64,000 bases of DNA, taken from NCBI GenBank assembly GCA_047495785.1, contig JBLDXI010000007.1:372001-436000 (forward strand), read 5' to 3'. Source of the stretch: Lepidodermella squamata (lineage: Eukaryota > Animalia > Gastrotricha). The notes beneath the pieces are model-generated. The model saw only the letters and a list, made by a program, of their open reading frames with translations, made no database searches and was not told the origin of the DNA. The first letter of the stretch is position 1; each line of letters begins with the position of its first letter. The translations under genes and the position numbers were made by a program. Of the stretch, positions 12,423 to 24,545 are shown in pieces.

Positions 12423-13325
12423 ATGGCAAAAAAGGGCCCACGTATTGCGAGTCTTTTTACAACAACACCAGCGAGTGTTGATGATGATGACGACAGGACA
12501 GAGGACGATAGCAACGCTCGCAGCGTCCTTCCCGCACCAGTTGCCACCACACTTGTTCCTAATCTATCGACTACAGTTTTGGCCAAAGTAATTGCAACAA
12601 CCTTCACGTCAGGTATTGCTCGCGGTATCGCCCTATCCGGAGGAGCTGGGAACAACTCTAATTCTCCAATTAGCCAATCGTTCGTCAATCGATTGAGTAT
12701 GCAACACGATCATGGTTGGACGAGTTACGTTTTGGCGGTGGGCATGTTTTTCTTTCTGTTTTTTACTGGAGCGGTATTCGTCATGTGGAAAATTATTGAT
12801 ATGTTTATTATTGCTAAGCCAGAGCATGACTACAACGATTTGCTTGACTATCAGCAGCTGCTATTTCCTAGCAAGGACATTAATCACCAACGGCGGTATA
12901 AGATGAAACAGAAGTGGAGTTTCTTCAGATACCTTTGCCAGTTCATGAACGATTGGAGCGAACATGAACCCCGCCCTTTATCTGCGGACGAGCTAACATT
13001 TACCCCAGGCCGAGATATGCAAGAACATCGAATCAGCATCGTTGATTCCGAATCGCCACCAATTGACCAAACAGTCCGGTCATCAGAAAGCCAGATGCGA
13101 GTAGATCCTAGCGTAATTCGCCAATGGGAGGCTAGAATGAAGCAGCAGGAAGAACAATATCAGAAGTTATTGAATTTTTCCCATTTGACTGATGTAATCG
13201 TTGCGGCTTCGGGGCCTTCCGCCGTTGCCGTGCAAACGGATAGCAGTCGCGTCAAGTCTTGCCTGGCAGCAACTGCAACAAGAGGCAATACAATGACTTC
13301 TGTATACGCTGCTCATGACTTATGA
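12423..13325 (+). CDS. Uncharacterised single-pass membrane protein (~300 aa)
   Basis: Long uninterrupted ORF; Ser/Thr/Asp-rich N-terminal half; one hydrophobic segment (YVLAVGMFFFLFFTGAVFVMW); predicted short coiled coil QWEARMKQQEEQYQKLL. No family recognised; true start may lie upstream. Confidence 0.6.
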   Translation: MAKKGPRIASLFTTTPASVDDDDDRTEDDSNARSVLPAPVATTLVPNLSTTVLAKVIATTFTSGIARGIALSGGAGNNSNSPISQSFVNRLSMQHDHGWTSYVLAVGMFFFLFFTGAVFVMWKIIDMFIIAKPEHDYNDLLDYQQLLFPSKDINHQRRYKMKQKWSFFRYLCQFMNDWSEHEPRPLSADELTFTPGRDMQEHRISIVDSESPPIDQTVRSSESQMRVDPSVIRQWEARMKQQEEQYQKLLNFSHLTDVIVAASGPSAVAVQTDSSRVKSCLAATATRGNTMTSVYAAHDL

Positions 13326-15820
13326 AGCGTTGAACTTTGATGCATGAAGCATGGTTGTAAGCTTGAATTACTCTGCGCAAAAAGTCCGGTCCACCACAAA
13401 TTGAAATGTGCAATTTTAATGTCGTACCTGGTTATCTGAAAATCGACAAGCTGCTTTCAGATCTAGTATACTTACTTCAAGCATATAGCGTCATGGGAAT
13501 TGCAGCGGACACCGGACTTTTTCGCGCAGTAAAAATTAACATACAATATTTATTGTGTTACCTATCGTTCATCGCATGTTCTCCGTGGAGCTTAGTAAAT
13601 AACATCATTGTATTGGGTTTATATTTAACTAAACGTTGATCACGTATCACGGACTATATTCTCATGATTCGTACAGAATTACAGAATTCCTATGAGACGC
13701 ACGCCGAAATAAGGGCGCATGCGCGCGTTTATGAACCTCTCATGTTTGCTGCAACTCACACACGTTGATCATCAAACTGAATATCATTCTTTAGATTTGC
13801 CCAGCACAAAAAGCTGAGTATAAAAATTTACTACACCGAGACTGCTGGAATCAACGAACGAATGAGCTTGGCTTTTGAAAAACCGTGCCATCATCCCAAA
13901 CTGGCCAGCAGTTATCAAACGACTAGTCGAATGGCTTACATTTGAAACCGAGTCAATAGAAGATAAGCTTTTGACATTTCAAAAGCATATGCGCTCTCTC
14001 GTTTGCCTGAGGCCTGCGGAAGTTAACTGCTCTAGAGCCTCGAATTTGGAAAAATTGCCGGCGTCAAATTGCGATATAAATTAACATGATTGCACCCAAG
14101 TTTGCTGTAGTTCCTGCAGAATACTAGATCAGAGATCAGTATTTGTGAATGTTGATACGTGTTCAAAGAAGACAGATTCCCCGTAAGAGGACCGTTTCAA
14201 ACGCAGTGGAAGTGGAAGGGCCTGGCCGCACTGGCATTTTGGAGCGAGCTGAATTTGTGAAGAAAGCATGCAGCAAATTTATCGCAAAAATATAATAAAA
14301 AGAATGTTTTATATTGTTAAATACCAATGAAAATGGAATTTATGACTAAAAATAAAAATATATGGTGTATTTCACGTTAAATATTTTTCGAAATTTCCTT
14401 GGAAAACTGAATGCGGGGAGCTTTGACCCCATGAAATGTTCCGCCGGAGACGAGCGTGATCGGGGTATGTCTTTGAATTCCATGTTCCATGGAAAAAGGT
14501 CTAGCCTCATGTGAGTGGCCTTTGTACAAGCAGAGCGAGCCATATCTGAATTACTAGGTTTCCACGGAAAATATCATGGGATTGGACTCCGGGATCCGAG
14601 AGCTTTAGCAATAAAATGAAATACTTGTCAGTGCCATTTATTCCTATCGAAGGGGGTCATGAAATGTGAAATGGCTCCAATTCAATTCGCAATTTTCGAC
14701 CCGATCGGCGTATGGATTTTTTATCCTACCCTGTTTTGATGGAGTTATGTAGCCGGTTCTGACCTTAGACCCCAGACTTTCAGGAAGTCGAAATTCTTAA
14801 TTGCTCGTGAAGGCAGGAATCTGAGCGTATTTCCACAAGCAAATGTACCAACTTGGCTCTTTACTTCTTTTGAAACATATGGGATTTTGTTACTTCTTTT
14901 CACCTTTCGACTGCCTCACAGTCTCCAGTGAAATTTTTAAGAAATCTGGCGCTTTCATGGAATATTGTTATCGTGTTAGAAAATCCGTTCATCATGAGAA
15001 TTAAGTCTTTCTTGGGAAAGCAAGCTCCTTTGTGGACTATTTCAAGGCGTCATCTCCTGTCTCCTGCCGAGCGATTTTTGTAGGAAGTGAGCGGTAATAC
15101 ATAATTAGTTGGGGGAAAAGCGAAAAAGATAGGGTTTGTTGCCACTGCTATCCGTGATTTGTCTATTTGGTTGGCAGGTATTTCCTCCAATCGAAGTTCC
15201 CTTAAATGTCTCAGTCATAAAATATGACCTTATCCGATGATTAGACTTTAGGGGACGATCAATTCATAAAAGGGATTCATTGGGTGGGAGACTCCTTGCA
15301 ATGAATTTATCATCTATCATCTATTGAACATTTCGGATCGCCTAGTAGCTTGATTCATCAAGAAGACCTACCTAACACCGCATTCATTCACTATAGGATG
15401 TGTCATTCAATATGTTCTTGTTCTGACAGCTGGGCTTTTTCTGTAGTTGGTAAGCTGGCGATAATTCATTAGAAGACTCTGTCAGCTCACATCCGCGATG
15501 GTAATATTTGTTCGGATGCAATGAACTCTTTCTAACAATTTATGTCGAAGGAACCAATTTTCTAATATAAAAGTTCATCATCATAAACCTACTCATAATC
15601 TATTTTTTAAATGTCTTTTCTCGGCGCATGGTATATCAGTGCCCCCTATTACATTATTGGAATACGGATCGTTGCACACGTCAACGGGGTCTCATATATT
15701 TCTTCTAGCATCGCATTGAATCTCAAGGCCATTCTTGAATTCCTTTCTCCTTTCTTCAAATTCTGCTTGAATTACCCATTACCCACGGGTTAAAATTATG
15801 ATTTATATGGCTTAGATTTA

Positions 15821-16807
15821 ATGTCTGTAAATGAAAAGGCGACCACATTGACCTTATTTGGCGTGGAAAAAGTAAGGCTAACCTACTTCCATTTATTTAT
15901 CTGCGATTTGTTACGTGCTGCGGTTATCAGCGAATCTGAGGAAATATACGTTGTGGATAACGTTATATTCAGCAAGGTAGAAACTTGCGCTCTTGTTGTT
16001 TCACTTCAACGTCTTCGAGCCGATTTAATCTGTGTTACTTTGGACGACAGCACTGGCACTGTCGAATGCTTCCTCTCGCTCACTGAAAATCAAGATATAC
16101 AAGTTGGTGAAACTATCCGATTAAAAGGTGTTATTGGCAAAAACAAAGATGGCTGCCGCAAGATGCGATGCATTTTCTTTGACAAAGTGACATCAATTAA
16201 CGCTTTCTCCCTTCATCTGAAGCGCACAGTTGACTCAATGCAGTATGCGGCTTCCTGGCCGCCGCATTTGATGAACATTATCAAGACTTTCCAAATGCAT
16301 GGCATTTCAAGCGCACAGAAGCCAAAGATATCGGATATTCTAAGGGAGATTTTCTCGATCTGTGAATTATTAGCCAATGCAGTTCACAAATTAGGAGTCT
16401 GCTCATTCTCGCTCAAGCACATACTAGCTTTTTTACAACAAGCCCATGACGTTTCCGTATTTCCAACTCTCCCGAAAAGTGCTAGAGGTGCAATAGTTGC
16501 ATGTTTGCTGCAAAGACATGAGCTGATTTCCGTCGACTCAAATGACAGCAAGGATCGTATATTTCACTTGCTACATAATAACGAAAGCCTAATTGCCGCT
16601 ACGATCGATTGCCTACGGGGCGAGGCTTCTGAGGACTCGATAGACCCTGTGAGCTACCGTGACATCTTTCAAAAGTTATCCTTTTTGTATCCATTTTATC
16701 CGTACGTGATGCCTGAAAATCTCCGAGCTTTATTGCGGCATCTGGAAGGTCAGAGCCTCGGTGTGATTAGTTGCTCAGACGACGACTTTTTCTACATTGC
16801 TCCTTGA
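15821..16807 (+). CDS. STN1: CST complex subunit STN1 (OB fold plus C-terminal winged-helix region), intronless
   Basis: N-terminal LFGVEKVRLTYFHLFICDLL, KVETCALVV, LDDSTGTVEC, IQVGETIRLKG correspond to the STN1 OB fold (LWGLDP..KLYIRDIL..VDDSTGVINC). 328 aa fits STN1 better than RPA2. Confidence 0.75.
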   Translation: MSVNEKATTLTLFGVEKVRLTYFHLFICDLLRAAVISESEEIYVVDNVIFSKVETCALVVSLQRLRADLICVTLDDSTGTVECFLSLTENQDIQVGETIRLKGVIGKNKDGCRKMRCIFFDKVTSINAFSLHLKRTVDSMQYAASWPPHLMNIIKTFQMHGISSAQKPKISDILREIFSICELLANAVHKLGVCSFSLKHILAFLQQAHDVSVFPTLPKSARGAIVACLLQRHELISVDSNDSKDRIFHLLHNNESLIAATIDCLRGEASEDSIDPVSYRDIFQKLSFLYPFYPYVMPENLRALLRHLEGQSLGVISCSDDDFFYIAP

Positions 16808-17083
16808 AAGTTTTTATATTAAATTTTTATCTACGCCCTGGGTACTGATTAAAATATCATCGCGAGAAAAATCGATTTGGATTGTGTTAATCTCTCTCAT
16901 TTTCTTCAATTAGGTTTTACTTAGTGCAATGTATTTCCGATCCTGGCTGCTATAATCTCTAGATTTAGTAGATACACTCAGAAGTTGCCCCGCCCTTTTT
17001 TTGCTTCGCCGCTGAAATTGAACACAAGCAGTAGTCAAATTTCTAATATATCTCGTTTTTCTCTCATCATTTCCCGTGACAAA

Positions 17084-17748
17084 ATGACCTTGCCTACCGA
17101 CAACTGGTGCCCAGTCGTGTTTAGCGGTCCGTCCGGTGCCGGAAAAAGCACCTTAATTACACGACTCATGGGTGAATTCAAAGACCGGTTCGCATTCGGA
17201 GTTTCACGTGAGTTCTGATTTTAAATTTAACACCGAATTCAGGATTATTCCGACCATGAGCAGATACTACTCGCAATCCAAGGCCCGGTGAAGCTGATGG
17301 TTCGCATTATCACTTTGTTACCCGTGAAGACTTCGTTGCCGGGATCGAGCGGGGCGACTTCATTGAGCATACACAGTTTTCTGGCAATTATTACGGAACT
17401 AGCAAACGGGCAATTGAAGACGTCCGTAACAGCGGCCGAATTTGTTTGTTGGACATTGACGAGAAGGGCGTTATCTCGATCAAAGAGCTTGGTTTCCAAG
17501 CGTTTTTCATCTTCATCCAGCCTCCTAGTCTGAAAGATTTGGAAGATCGGTTGGTGAAGCGCGGCACTGAGACCCCTGAATCGCTGCAGCGCCGTCTGGC
17601 GACCGCAGAATCGGCGATGAAGTTGGCCGCAACTCCCGGTGTATATGATGTCGTTATCACTAACGGCGATTTAGAAACGGCGTATACCGAACTGCGCCGG
17701 GCTTTGACTAGCCGATTCCCACTCAATGGCAAAAATGGCGATCATTAA
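17084..17748 (+). CDS. GUK1: Guanylate kinase, 2 exons
   Basis: P-loop SGPSGAGKST; intron 17208-17263 joins VS/HTTRNPRPGE..YHFV..FSGNYYGTS..LDID..IFIQPPS..LEDRL.KRGTET. Confidence 0.95.
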
Positions 17749-18528
17749 AAAATAATTCCAGCGGATAAATACAATTGGTTACGGTTGTGTCGTTGTGGTT
17801 ATAGGCGTGAAACATAATATTTCAGTGATAATCGTGCGCGATCTGTTGTTGTACCTTCTACTACTACGCGTTGTTGGCGAACCCTCAATTCTCATCATGA
17901 AAAAATAATCGCTGCCAAACTGCAGTTATAACAAATGTTTAGAAATTGCAAGTCGTTTCTATAGCGACGTCATTTTGTGTCGCGAATTTTCTCTCGCTAT
18001 CTCTCTTCTTCTCTTGTCTTCTGTTGTTTCGATTGATGGAAAACTGCTCCATATTTTCAATTTATTACGCGGGTCTAATGCTCTGTCGATGAAATGCACA
18101 ATTTCTTACTTCTTTGAGAACATACATATACAAAAATTATGCTTCTATTGCAACATTTTTCCTGCACTACTAACTATAATCAATTTATCCACAGTGTGCA
18201 AACTAAAATTTAGACGACTAACATAGTTGAGAACATTATGATGTTGTTTTATTTTGCGAGAGGTTCAAGGATAATCCGCGTGCATTCCAGAGAAAATTGT
18301 TCTATAAATACCAATTATCAAAATATACAAAAAATATATTTACAAAAAGAAATCAACACGGTAAATCGATTTCGAACACCAGGTTATGTTGACTAGCAGA
18401 CGTTTTTTGGTCTGTGCTGGAGAAAAAAATATTATTTAATGAAAGTATAACGGTGTTTATTAAACGGCGTAGTTTTAAGCAGAATTTTTATGCGTTTCTA
18501 TAGGGGTGTATTTTGAATTTTTGTTGCT

Positions 18529-18973
18529 ATGGCTAAGCATCATCCCGATTTGATTTTTTGTCGCAAGCAGCCTGGAGTTGGTAGGTCTAACATCGAAAAA
18601 TTCAGAACATCAGTATTAATCTAGCTATATTTCAGCCATTGGGAGACTTTGCGAAAAATGCGATGGCCGCTGTGTAATTTGCGACTCGTACGTGCGACCA
18701 TGCACCCTCGTGCGAATTTGTGACGAATGTAATTATGGATCCTATCAAGGTCGCTGCGTGATTTGCGGTGGTCCAGGTGTTGCTGATGCTTACTACTGCA
18801 AAGAGTGCACACTTACTGAGAAAGATGTAAGTCGATGTTTCAGAGATATTAATAAATATTTTAAATTTTATCTGAAATTTCAGAGAGATGGCTGTCCAAA
18901 AATTGTCAACCTCGGTAGTGCTAAAACAGACTTGTTTTACGAGCGTAAAAAATACGGTTTCAAGAAGAGGTGA
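18529..18973 (+). CDS. PHF5A: PHD finger-like protein 5A (SF3b14b/Rds3), 3 exons
   Basis: [94 protein letters not shown], nearly the invariant PHF5A sequence. Confidence 0.98.
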
Positions 18974-19113
18974 TATCGCTTTTCCAGTCAATGTTGCTCA
19001 ATTACTTTCGCGATTGTGACTTTTAACACATGCTGTTCAGTTTTTAGTAAAATTCAATGATTCAAATGCGATTTTCTGTTTAGGTTTGATTAACATATTT
19101 TGTTGAACCGAAA

Positions 19114-19348
19114 ATGAGCCTTGTGCAGACCTTGTACAGCGCCATTTTCAAGCGGACATCCACGACCGTTTTGGTCGTCGTCACCACGGCCGTCGCGGTC
19201 GAGCGCGGCTACGACAGCTTGTGCGACTACATTTTCGACAAAGCTAATGAAGGCGTAAGTTGACTGAAATCGTCGTTTTTATCAATTTTCTTATATTCTC
19301 TCTTCCTAGAAATTATGGAAACACATCAAGCACAACTATGAAAAATAG
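19114..19348 (+). CDS. UQCR10: Cytochrome b-c1 complex subunit 9 (QCR9), 2 exons; absent from the ORF track
   Basis: Spliced via GTAAGT..TAG intron (~19255-19309): MSLVQTLYSAIFKRTSTTVLVVVTTAVAVERGYDSLCDYIFDKANEG/KLWKHIKHNYEK*. LY..F.RTST, ER..D and NEGKLWKHIK are QCR9 hallmarks. Confidence 0.93.
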
Positions 19349-19586
19349 ACATAGCCGCTGAACCCGTGAAAAATCGGACTTGAAATTATTATAGAAATCA
19401 CCTAATGAAGCCAGTTTGTGTTACTTACCTTCTTTAAGTCTGCAAAATCTGAAAAATGAGTAGCCCTTTGTGATGATTGCAACAAAAATAGTAGCGATGA
19501 ACCTGAATAATAAAATCGAGCGTAACTGCCTTCAATTGTGACGGCTTCTTGATTCAATGATTTAGAAGCATACCGATTTATTTATT

Positions 19587-22500
19587 ATGGTTTACAACGA
19601 TGAAACTGTCGCGTATTTGGAACGGTGTAAAAGTTTGCTGCAAAATCAAGACGTAGCTACAGAGCAGAAACGGTTGATTCTCAGCGAGTGGCTGGGGCTG
19701 CTGACTGGCAGCGGTAATTTACCGGCGAATTTCCCGACCAGAAATGCCGACGAAGATCATGGCTTGGACAGAGATAAATTCATATTTGAATTCAGGAAAG
19801 ATCACGCCCGTCCGTTGATTGAGTGGCTTTGCTCTGTTTTTATCGAGTACAACGCAGTTTTGACGGCTACGTCACCTGAAACCCGAGAGCTGCTGCTTCG
19901 CATCGCAATGGCTTGCGAAGATAAGCTCACAATAATTCTCATGCTCTGCACTCTCGAGCGGCGCTGCAAGTAAAAAAAATGCGAAAATTATTATTTTTGA
20001 AATTATTTTGAAATTTTTGAACTCAGAAATCTTTCCGGCACCTATTTCGCCGTTAGTAAAGCCCTAATTTTGGAGGCACTGTTCAATCGGCATCAAATAA
20101 TGGCTGATGTGATGGTCAATTTTGCGGTTTCATTCAAAGCCAGTGATGTTGCGTTCGAAGGCGATGCTATCAGCCGAATTGTTGGAGTGCCCGACGTTGC
20201 AGGCGGAATTTTGGGTACCGAGGGGGGTGATTCGTTCTTCCGCCACGACGTCTTCTACGTTGAGATGATCAAACAAATCGCGATTTCTCTCGAACGGCTC
20301 TTGACCATGTCTCGCGAGTCGAAAATTGATATAAACCTTCGGTTCACTGGAAGATTGCTCGGCAGGATTGCTGCTCGTGGTTATCATGGTGAGATATAAT
20401 ATGATAATAAGGAATATTAATTGAAAACAAGGGTCGAGATGCTTCTTAAAATTTTCAAAAATGTAATTAAAAAAATTAAATCTTTTCCTTTTACCCGATC
20501 AGATGTGATATGGAATACCCTGATGTCTTCATCGATGTCTTGTGGCGAATTGTTGGAAACTGACCAACTATACGTTCGTTTGTTCTCAACCGTGATTTCA
20601 AACTCGCCAGTTGGCGGTGGCCTCGAAAATTTGCTCATCGCTCTTCTAGCCAGAGCTCCTCATTTCGAGCACGTTAAGCGAATTCTGGGCAGTTTAGTAG
20701 CTAGACGCTCGGATGTTGAGGACCTTTTGACTCGCCAGTTTGTCTTCAACCGAACTTTTGCGAAAACTCAATTTTGCCGCAATCTGATCGGCTATGTAGC
20801 ATCTTCCCACGCGTGGACGCACTTGTTTCAAAAATTACTGCTGAAATTGGTTGAAGTTTGGGGCAGTCGAGTTGGAATCAGGCACCAAAGCTACGACCAA
20901 CAGCTTTATTTATCCCGCCTTTTGGCCTGCTCAGCCAGCCATTTAACGGCCATGCAGAGTAACGAAATTTGCGAGCCTGATTTCAGCACTCGATTTCGAA
21001 CGAAATTGATCGAGGGTGTTACAAACCACCTAGAATCGCCCATTGCAAGGGTGAATACGCTAGGCATGCTAGTCGGCGAGATTTTGACCGCAGTCTTATA
21101 TCCGTCTGGCGACAAATCATCGGAAGAAGCGATTAATCTCAAATTCAACTACGATGAAGATGAAGATATTATCGAAATGAAAAATATGGCGAAAATGCAA
21201 CCATATTGCCTATGGATAGCTCCGGCTTTGGTTGAGAAGAAGAGTACGGAAGATGACGATTTGCCTGATGTTACCCAGCAACCTGAATTTGCAGTCCCGT
21301 CGAATCAAAACATTCAGGTGAAAAGGCCTCCTCTAGCCCTGATTTCGCCCTCAGCTTCGACCCTTGAGATTACTGGATCTGGTAATAATTCAACACGGTT
21401 GAGTGAATTCGATCAAAATATTCAAAAATCTATGGAGAAAGTGAAGTTGGATGAACTTGACAGTGATGATGACGAGGAACTAGCGCCTTTGAATGCCACA
21501 GTTACCATCGAGTCAAGGCCCGTTGATGAGATCGACCCGCCTCAAACCGTTCGGCAGTGCCTGGAATTTCTCAATTCGCGTGAACAGGATTTCCCCAACG
21601 ATTACCATGCGCGTTTCAAAGTCTATCTCCGGGCGTTACCTGGCGTTATTCGAAGCTCTACAGTTGATCTGTCTGAATTGGCTGTTGAGCTAGCGAATCG
21701 TCTGCTTTGCCTCGAATGCCCGATTCACATGTCGGACTTCAATTCAGTTCGAAATGACGCGATGGTCGCGTTGACAGTTGTTTGCCCGGTGCCGGTCGCT
21801 AAATTTTTCACCGGCGAGTTCTATGAACCGGTCTACAGCGTATCTCATCGCTTAGATATTCTACGAGTCTTAGCCACAGCCGCTGAAATTTTGTCTCAGC
21901 CGCCAAGTGAAGGTAACGAGAAACCTAAAGGTGGCCTGAAACTGTTGTCGGAAATGACGAACCTTTGCCATCCCCTGCAATCGCCCGAGTGGCGGAAAAT
22001 CGTGGATCAGCGAATTCGGGAAAAGACTGTATATTTCGGCAAGAAGCGATCTATTAATGAACCGCAACGTGAGGGTCATAATCGATTCGGTAAGGTTGCT
22101 GGGGAGTTTTTCTACCCACTTCTGCGTCGTTATGACGGCACTTCGCCCCATTTGGATTTGATCAATCGCGATTTCATGGTTCTTGAACGTTTAATTTACT
22201 CATTGGCGATTATTTATCACAGCGCTGTCGATACTCACGTACGTTCGAGAAAAAAATATTATTAAGGAGGAATTTTTATTCGAATTATTTAACAGGCGCA
22301 AGTTCAAATGACAAAGATTTTCCTCGAGTTTTTGCTCGCTGTTAAAAATCACGAGCAGCCGTAAGTTGTTATCAATTTAACCCATATTATCACTAAACCG
22401 GTTGTCTCGTTTTATCTGTGCAGTGTGATTAAAAGAGCTGTAATTTTTTCACTCGGCTACATTTATCTCGATGTCCCGGCTGTTTTACTGACCACAACTT

Positions 22501-22680
22501 TTGATGCCGAAATCAAAGAGTCTTCAACTTGGTTGATGGAACGATGTGCTACTGATCCGGATACTGATATTTGCTCGCTAACCGATGCCGTAATGGCTCG
22601 ATTAATCGACGCATTGGTAAATTTATTTTGTAATTGTAATGTCTTTTTGTTAATTGGTTCATTTTTTGCAGAAATCTTGA
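19587..22680 (+). CDS. TELO2: Telomere length regulation protein TEL2 homologue (TTT complex), ~6 exons
   Basis: ELDSDDD motif (the CK2/PIH1D1-binding DSDD), HLESP..R..GMLVGE, RLDIL..L..AA, NRFGKVAGEFFYPLL, DPD..C near the C-terminus. Introns phase-consistent. Confidence 0.9.
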
Positions 22681-22830
22681 GTTGCACAACTGGAAAATTG
22701 GACATTATCGCTTTTTATGATAATCCTAGCTTTCGTTGCAATGAAAATGATGCTCCCTCTCTCTCAAATAAATTGCTCATATTTTTTAATAATTGCTACG
22801 TTTTTATTAGGGCATTTACCATCTTGAAAA

Positions 22831-24307
22831 ATGGCAACTGACACAGAACCGATCATTAAAACCGATGAGGAGCAAAAGCGAGGACATGAAGAAGAAGAGG
22901 AAGAGTTGGTCTTTGAAAATGCCTCCACCTTCCACCCGTCTCGCCTGCCCTTCAAGCTGATCGTGCTATTCTTCATCTGTTTCCTCAGTTTTGGTTCGTA
23001 TTTTTGCTATGACAACCCGTCTGCCCTTCAGAAACAAATCCTCAGCGACATGGGCGTCTCGCTTTCCGACTACACCATCCTGTACTCGATCTACTCGTGG
23101 CCGAACGTCATTCTATCAGTCATCGGTGGATTTTTAGTCGATGCCGTGTTCGGAATTCGCATCGGTGCCATTGTTTTCAGCCTGTTCGTCGCAGCCGGCC
23201 AGGTCGTCTTCGCCCTGGGTGGTTTCACCAATCAATTCTGGCTTATGATTGTCGGTCGTTTGATTTTCGGCCTCGGCGGTGAAAATTTGGCCGTTTGTCA
23301 GAACTTGTACTCGGCTCGTTGGTTCAAGGGCTCCATGCTTAACATGGTTTTCGGCATCCAGCTCTCGATTTCCCGTCTCGGCTCTTCCGCTAATCTATGG
23401 ACTATGCAGCCTATTTACAACCTTGTCCACCCTGAAGGCTCGACCAGCCCTCCCTACGTCGCCCTGGGTCTTGCTCTATTCATCGGCGGCATCATGTGCC
23501 TGTTCTCGCTGTTCTGCGCCGGAGTTCTGATGGGTCTTGACCGGTACGGTCGTCGAATTCTACGCAAGAAAGAAGACACCAGCGGTAAAATCGGTTGCGA
23601 TGAAATCAAACAAATCGCCGAAGTTCGCCATTTCCCGCTTGAAATGTGGCTCGTCTGCGCTATCTGCGTGTTCTACTACATCGCCATCTTCCCGTTCGTC
23701 AGTATTGCCCAGACTTTCTACGTCATGAAGTACAGCCTTGACGCCTCGGCTGCTAACACCGTCAACAGCTTGGTGTACTTCATTTCCCTGTTTGCCTCAC
23801 CGGTTCTCGGCTTCATCATCGATCGCACTGGCAAGAACATTTTCTGGATTATGATCGGCTGCGTTTTGACCGCTGTTGCCCACGGCATGTTGGCCTTCTT
23901 CTTCATCAACCCGTACTTCTGCACTGGCCTTCTCGGAATGTCCTATTCAGTTCTCGCCAGCTCATTGTGGCCTCTTGTTGGTCAGTTTTTTGGGATTTTT
24001 TTTCCAATTTTCTTTAATTTTCTACCGAATTTCAGCCTATGTTCTACCGGAGGAGAAACTGGGCACTGGCTACGGTGTCATGCAAGCTGTGCAAAATCTC
24101 GGCTTGGCCGTTATGCCCTTGATTGCTGGTGTTATCGTCGATGCTAAGGGCTACTTGATCCTCGAAATCGTTTTCCTCCTGTGCCTTTTCGTCGCTATCA
24201 GCTGCACCCTGATGCTGTGGATCATTGACGGTGGCCGCAGCGGAGTTCTGAACATGTCGACAACTGACCGCAATGCCCTCGAAGAGTCGAAGAAGAAGAG
24301 CGCATAA
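22831..24307 (+). CDS. MFSD1: MFS transporter MFSD1 (lysosomal), 2 exons
   Basis: HPSRL..LFFICFLSFGSYFCYDNPSALQ, LYS.YSWPNVIL, GRLIFGLGGENL.V.QN.Y..RWFKG, LGTGYG.MQAVQNLGLA; intron ~23981-24036. Confidence 0.93.
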
Positions 24308-24545
24308 ATAATTCGCCTGTCATGCGATTTATGATATTATTCTCGATTATTTTAAACTCTTGCTTGCTATATATCCTACGATTGAGAATCGAATCACGTC
24401 GTCGGCGAAATTGAGCTTTCAAGTTCTGTGTAATAAGCTTAAAAATTTTAAACCATGTGATCAAAAATTATTATTATAATTTTAACAGTAAACAAAATAG
24501 CTTGGGAATATTTGTAATTTTTTAGGCTGGATTTTTGAAAATTTA

